A stretch of 42,587 bases of DNA. Source: Alphaproteobacteria bacterium (GTDB lineage: Bacteria > Pseudomonadota > Alphaproteobacteria > Micropepsales > Micropepsaceae). The stretch lies in NCBI GenBank assembly GCA_021413465.1, contig JAIOQG010000004.1, positions 1-42,587 on the forward strand. The letters are read 5' to 3'. This document shows, piece after piece, positions 38,142-42,587 of this stretch (position 1 is the first letter of the stretch; every line of letters starts with the position of its first letter). Made by a program: the position numbers and the translations under genes. The notes below the pieces were generated by a model that was not told where the DNA came from, made no database searches, and saw only the letters and a program-made list of their open reading frames with translations.

Positions 38142-39308
38142 ATGACGCGCATCTACCTCGACCACAACGCGACCTCCACTCTGCGCCCCGAAGCGCGGGC
38201 GGCGCTGTTGTCGGCGCTCGACGAGACAGGCAATGCCTCATCGGTTCACGCCGAAGGTCGCCGCGCCCGCTCGCGCATCGAGACGGCGCGTGGCCAAGTG
38301 GCGTCATTGGTGGGCGCTTCGCCCGGCGAAGTGATCTTCACCAGCGGCGGCTCGGAGGCGAACGCGCTTGCGTTGAAGGGCACCATTCAGGCCGCGGCCG
38401 CAGCGGGCGAGCGCATCACGCGCCTCATCATTTCGGCGATCGAGCACGACTCGATCCGCGACAACGCCGCGCAGTGCGAGGAAACCATACCGGGACTGCG
38501 CGTATTGACCTGTCCGGTAACGCCCCAAGGCATCGTCGACATCGTCGCCCTGAAAACGATGCTTCGCGAAGGCAAAGGCCGCGCCCTCGTGTCGATCATG
38601 TCCGCCAACAACGAAACCGGCGTAGTTCAGCCGCTTGCAGACGTGATCGCCGTGGCAAAGGCCCACAACGCCCTGGTTCACACCGACGCCGTTCAAGTCG
38701 CGGGCAAGCGCCAGACAAACTTTGCGGCACTGGGTCTCGATTACATGACGCTCAGCGCCCACAAATTCGGCGGCCCGGCGGGCACGGGCGCGCTCATCGT
38801 GCGTGACGGCGCACCGCTCGCGCGCCAAATCGCCGGAGGCGCCCAGGAACTGGGTCGCCGCGCCGGCACGGAAAACATGGCCGCCATCGCGGGCTTTGGC
38901 GCTGCCGCACAAGCCGCTGCACAAGACATGTCCTCGTGGGAAACGCGTACCGCTTGGCGCCAGGCTCTCGAGCGCGCGCTTGTTGCCGAATGCCGCGATG
39001 CCGTGATTTTCGGCAGCAACGAAAGCCGTTTGCCCAATACAATTTGTATTGCCGCCCCTTCGGTGCCGGCCGAGAACATGGTGATCGCGCTCGATCTCGA
39101 TGGCTTCGCCGTCAGTGCTGGCGCCGCCTGCTCGTCGGGCAAAGTCGCCCAGAGTCACGTTTTGACCGCTATGGGGGTTGAGCCGCACCTCGCGCAATCG
39201 GCAATTCGCGTAAGCATCGGCTGGAATTCGACGGAACAAGAATTAACGGCGTTCGCCGAGGCTTGGACACGCATCGTCAAGCGTGCCCAAGCCCGCGTCG
39301 CTGCCTGA
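38142..39308 (+). CDS. Cysteine desulfurase (NifS/IscS-like, class V aminotransferase)
   Basis: PLP-lysine motif SAHKFGGPAGTGAL, catalytic Cys loop SAGAACSSGK, and MTRIYLDHNATS.. N-terminus. Confidence 0.9.
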   Translation: MTRIYLDHNATSTLRPEARAALLSALDETGNASSVHAEGRRARSRIETARGQVASLVGASPGEVIFTSGGSEANALALKGTIQAAAAAGERITRLIISAIEHDSIRDNAAQCEETIPGLRVLTCPVTPQGIVDIVALKTMLREGKGRALVSIMSANNETGVVQPLADVIAVAKAHNALVHTDAVQVAGKRQTNFAALGLDYMTLSAHKFGGPAGTGALIVRDGAPLARQIAGGAQELGRRAGTENMAAIAGFGAAAQAAAQDMSSWETRTAWRQALERALVAECRDAVIFGSNESRLPNTICIAAPSVPAENMVIALDLDGFAVSAGAACSSGKVAQSHVLTAMGVEPHLAQSAIRVSIGWNSTEQELTAFAEAWTRIVKRAQARVAA

Positions 39309-39318
39309 AGGATAAACG

Positions 39319-40770
39319 ATGGCCGAACAAGCAACGATAGATGCGGTCGCGGCGCGCGGCGCCGAGCGCTACAAATACGGCTTCGTCACCGACATCGAAA
39401 GCGAGAAGGCCCCCAAAGGCCTGACCGCCGACACCGTGCGCTTCATCTCCGCCAAAAAGAACGAACCCGAATGGATGCTCGAATGGCGTCTCGCCGCTTT
39501 CGAGCGCTGGCAAGCGATGCGCGAGCCCAATTGGGCGCGCGTGCATTACCCGAAGATCGATTTTCAAGACGCCTATTACTATTCCGCGCCGAAATCGAAG
39601 CCGAAGCTCGACAGCCTCGATCAGGTCGATCCGAAAATTCTTGAGACGTACAAGAAACTCGGCATCCCGATCACCGAACAAAAGCTGCTCGCGGGCGTGG
39701 CCGTCGACGCCGTCTTCGACAGCGTGTCGGTCGCAACGACGTTCAAGGGCAAGCTGAAAGAAGCCGGCGTCATCTTCTGCCCGATCTCCGAGGCGCTACA
39801 AACGCACCCCGAACTTGTCCGCAAGTATTTGGGCTCCGTCGTGCCGGTGACCGACAACTTCTACGCCACGCTGAACTCCGCTGTTTTCAGCGACGGTTCG
39901 TTCGTCTACGTGCCGCCGGGCGTGCGCTGTCCGATGGAACTCTCGACCTACTTCCGCATCAACGAGGCCGAGACGGGGCAATTCGAACGCACGATCATCA
40001 TTGCCGACAAGGGTTCGTACGTTTCCTATCTTGAAGGCTGCACCGCGCCGATGCGCGACGAGAACCAACTCCATGCCGCGGTCGTCGAATTGATCGCGCA
40101 CGACGACGCTGAAATCAAATACTCGACGGTTCAAAACTGGTACCCGGGAGACGAAAACGGCAAAGGCGGCATCTATAATTTCGTGACCAAGCGCGGCGAT
40201 TGCCGCGGCGCACGCTCGAAAATCAGCTGGACCCAAGTTGAAACCGGCTCGGCCATCACCTGGAAATACCCCAGCTGCATTTTGCGCGGCGATGAATCGG
40301 TGGGCGAGTTTTTCTCGATCGCCATCGCCAACAACTATCAGCAAGCCGACACCGGCACGAAAATGATCCATCTGGGTAAGAACACCCGCTCGCGCATCAT
40401 CTCCAAAGGCATCAGCGCAGGCCACGCGCAAAACACCTATCGCGGCCTGGTCAGCGCCCACGCCAAGGCCGAGAACGCGCGCAACTACACCCAGTGCGAT
40501 TCGCTGTTGATCGGCTCGAAATGCGGCGCCCACACCGTGCCCTACATCGAAGCTCGCAATCCCACGGCGCAGTTCGAGCACGAAGCGACGACCTCGAAGA
40601 TCAGCGACGATCAGTTGTTCTATTGCCTGTCGCGCGGCATTCCCGCCGAAGAGGCCGTGACCCTCATCATCAACGGCTTCTGCCGCGAAGTGCTGCAGAA
40701 CCTGCCGATGGAATTTGCCGTCGAAGCGCAAAAACTGATCGGCATCAGCCTCGAAGGAAGCGTCGGATGA
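39319..40770 (+). CDS. sufB: Fe-S cluster assembly scaffold protein SufB
   Basis: 483 aa. ..[37 protein letters not shown].. and ..[14 protein letters not shown].. are strongly conserved SufB segments. Confidence 0.96.
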   Translation: MAEQATIDAVAARGAERYKYGFVTDIESEKAPKGLTADTVRFISAKKNEPEWMLEWRLAAFERWQAMREPNWARVHYPKIDFQDAYYYSAPKSKPKLDSLDQVDPKILETYKKLGIPITEQKLLAGVAVDAVFDSVSVATTFKGKLKEAGVIFCPISEALQTHPELVRKYLGSVVPVTDNFYATLNSAVFSDGSFVYVPPGVRCPMELSTYFRINEAETGQFERTIIIADKGSYVSYLEGCTAPMRDENQLHAAVVELIAHDDAEIKYSTVQNWYPGDENGKGGIYNFVTKRGDCRGARSKISWTQVETGSAITWKYPSCILRGDESVGEFFSIAIANNYQQADTGTKMIHLGKNTRSRIISKGISAGHAQNTYRGLVSAHAKAENARNYTQCDSLLIGSKCGAHTVPYIEARNPTAQFEHEATTSKISDDQLFYCLSRGIPAEEAVTLIINGFCREVLQNLPMEFAVEAQKLIGISLEGSVG

Positions 40771-41036
40771 ACGAAGGTCGCGAAGTTTGGTTTGTTCGCC
40801 GGGAATATGCGTTTCAGAATTATCCGGTCACCTGGCAAGGATGGCTTGCGACAATCCTGTTTGGCGCCCTTGTCATCGTCATGGTGGCGCTCGCCGCGGT
40901 GATAGCCTCCGCACTCTTTGTCGTTTTGATGGTGGCGCTCGTCATAGCGGTTACCATCGGCTTCTTACGTTGTGTTTTCGTTCATTCCACTAGGTCGCGA
41001 GCCGATCGCGATGATCGCAGGAACTTCGATGCTTGA
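40767..41036 (+). CDS. Hypothetical small membrane protein (89 aa, about 2 TM) embedded between sufB and sufC
   Basis: The ATG overlaps the sufB stop (ATGA), and its own stop overlaps the sufC start (ATGCTTGA, 8 nt). The hydrophobic stretch [42 protein letters not shown] is flanked by charged ends. I recognise no family. Confidence 0.5.
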   Translation: MNEGREVWFVRREYAFQNYPVTWQGWLATILFGALVIVMVALAAVIASALFVVLMVALVIAVTIGFLRCVFVHSTRSRADRDDRRNFDA

Positions 41037-42587
41037 AATCAAAGACCTCCACGCCACCGTCGGCGGCAAGAAAATTCTAAACGGACTGACGCTCGCGCTC
41101 GGCGCCGGCGAGGTCCACGCCATCATGGGTCCGAACGGCTCAGGCAAATCGACCTTGTCCTACGTCCTGGCCGGCCGTGATGGTTATGAAGTGACGTCGG
41201 GGTCGATCGTCTTTCGCGGGCAGAACGTGCTGGAGATGAAGGCGGAGGCGCGCGCCGCCGCCGGAATTTTCTTGGCGCTGCAATACCCCGTCGAAATTCC
41301 GGGCGTGACCACCATCAATTTTCTGCGCACGGCCCTCAACGCTCAGAACAAAGCGCGCGGCGAACCCGAAATCGATGCAGTCACATTCTTGAAGCGCTTC
41401 AAGGCAGAGCGCGAAAAACTGTCGATGAGCGACGAGATGGTCAAGCGGGCGGTCAACGTCGGCTTTTCGGGGGGCGAGAAAAAGCGCAACGAAGTGTTGC
41501 AAATGGCGATGCTAAAGCCGCGCTTGGCCATACTCGATGAAACCGATTCCGGACTCGACATCGACGCGTTGAAACTGGTCGCAGGCGGCGTCAACGCGTT
41601 GCGCGAGCCCGACCGCAGCTTCCTGGTCATCACCCACTATCAGCGCCTGTTGGACGCCGCACCGACACCGGAAAGCGCCTTGGCATCGCTCCACGCGAAA
41701 CTGAGCGACAGCTTACCCGGTTCTTCGTGGCTACGCTCTGTACGGGCGGATGCGCTCGCGCGCGTATTGCGCGACGGTCTGCCTCATCGCCGTGTCGAAG
41801 CCTGGAAATACACGGACTTCCGAAACAAACTCGAACCGGCATTCGCGTTGGCACAAAGCAGAGCCGATGCAGCGCGCGCGCTGTTCGAAGGCCTCAGCGC
41901 GCATCGTATCGACATCAACGGCGGTAAAGTTTCCCGCCTGCCAACAGGCGACGCACTTCCCGACGGCTTGGAAATTCTAAGCCTCGCCGAGTCGATCGCG
42001 ACCCCGGCGCTATGGCTGCGTCAGTGGTTGCAGCCCGGCGACGGCGCGCTTGAAAATCTCAATCTGGCTTTCGTCACCGACGGCGCCTTGATCCGGGTGG
42101 GGCAGGGCACGCGCGTGGTCGATCCGGTGTTCTTGCACTATCGCTTGTCCGAAGGCGCCATGACGCAAACGCGCTCGGTCGTCATGCTTGAGGAAGGCGC
42201 AGAGCTAACCTTGGTTGAACTCGACGACGGCACGACCGACGCTCAAAGCTTCGCCGGAGCGGTGACGGCCATCGCGCTCGAACCCGGCGCGAGGCTGCGC
42301 CATCTTCGCGTCACGTCGAACGGGGCGTCAGCCATCGTCGTTCGCAGCGACACGATCGAAATCGCCCGCGACGCCAGTTATGACGGCGCTATTCTCTCTT
42401 CCGGCGCCGCGCTCGCGCGCCATCAAATGCAAGCTCGCTTGATCGGCGCGGGTGCCTCGTTCGACATCGCTTGCGCTTACGCCGCCGGCAAGGCCCAGCA
42501 CACGGACTACGCGCTGGAACTCGTGCACGAGGCGCCGCACACGCGCAGCCGCATCCTTTCAAAAGGCATTGCCTCGGGCAACGGCCA
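41029..42587 (+). CDS. sufCD: Fe-S assembly ATPase SufC fused in frame to SufD (3'-partial, runs off the window)
   Basis: Hand translation from ATG 41029 shows no stop to the window end, so the ORF track cannot list it. SufC motifs present are Walker A GPNGSGKST, Q-loop LALQYP, signature FSGGEKKR, Walker B LAILDE and H-loop VITHYQRLLD. From about 41656 the same frame continues as the SufD N-terminal region ..LSDSLPGSSWLRSVRADALARVLRDGLPHRRVEAWKYTDF.. and the SufD beta-helix. Confidence 0.8.
   Translation, partial: MLEIKDLHATVGGKKILNGLTLALGAGEVHAIMGPNGSGKSTLSYVLAGRDGYEVTSGSIVFRGQNVLEMKAEARAAAGIFLALQYPVEIPGVTTINFLRTALNAQNKARGEPEIDAVTFLKRFKAEREKLSMSDEMVKRAVNVGFSGGEKKRNEVLQMAMLKPRLAILDETDSGLDIDALKLVAGGVNALREPDRSFLVITHYQRLLDAAPTPESALASLHAKLSDSLPGSSWLRSVRADALARVLRDGLPHRRVEAWKYTDFRNKLEPAFALAQSRADAARALFEGLSAHRIDINGGKVSRLPTGDALPDGLEILSLAESIATPALWLRQWLQPGDGALENLNLAFVTDGALIRVGQGTRVVDPVFLHYRLSEGAMTQTRSVVMLEEGAELTLVELDDGTTDAQSFAGAVTAIALEPGARLRHLRVTSNGASAIVVRSDTIEIARDASYDGAILSSGAALARHQMQARLIGAGASFDIACAYAAGKAQHTDYALELVHEAPHTRSRILSKGIASGNG

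Noticed and set aside
1-42587. Scan for CRISPR arrays, IS/transposase or integrase genes, toxin-antitoxin pairs, restriction-modification or other defence-type genes, rRNA and tRNA
   Set aside because: None was found. Every sizeable ORF is accounted for by a recognisable housekeeping or glycan-biosynthesis family. No direct-repeat arrays or terminal inverted repeats were seen by eye. Short or diverged repeats could have been missed without computation.

Overview
High-GC (about 60-65%) bacterial chromosome segment. The gene order (NDUFA12-like/mlaD/DUF2155, aat-accC-accB-aroQ, rne next to amiC-mrcA-prfB, and an Rrf2-regulated suf operon) looks alphaproteobacterial, probably Hyphomicrobiales/Rhizobiales-like; this placement is inference from synteny. 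I found no rRNA, tRNA, CRISPR array, IS element, integrase or recognisable defence system. About 35 kb is ordinary core housekeeping. The only clearly accessory part is the left 7.3 kb, a CDP-hexose glycan-modification cluster with two TylCIII-like C-methyltransferase paralogues, a CmcI-family methyltransferase, an RmlC-like epimerase, an SDR reductase and a low-GC GT2 on the opposite strand. The most unusual observations come from hand translation. (1) sufC runs in frame into sufD with no stop, giving a SufC-SufD fusion that lacks about 45 C-terminal SufC residues. (2) amiC is broken by two frame changes that isolate its catalytic core. (3) The CDP-glucose 4,6-dehydratase gene has lost its Gly-rich NAD-binding motif. 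(4) A translationally coupled 89-aa two-TM ORF sits between sufB and sufC. (5) A bactofilin gene overlaps an upstream catalytically intact M23 peptidase gene (BacA/LmdC-type morphogenesis module). The lesions could be real gene decay or assembly artefacts, and this cannot be decided from the sequence alone. I do not see a convincing wholly new multi-gene system here.
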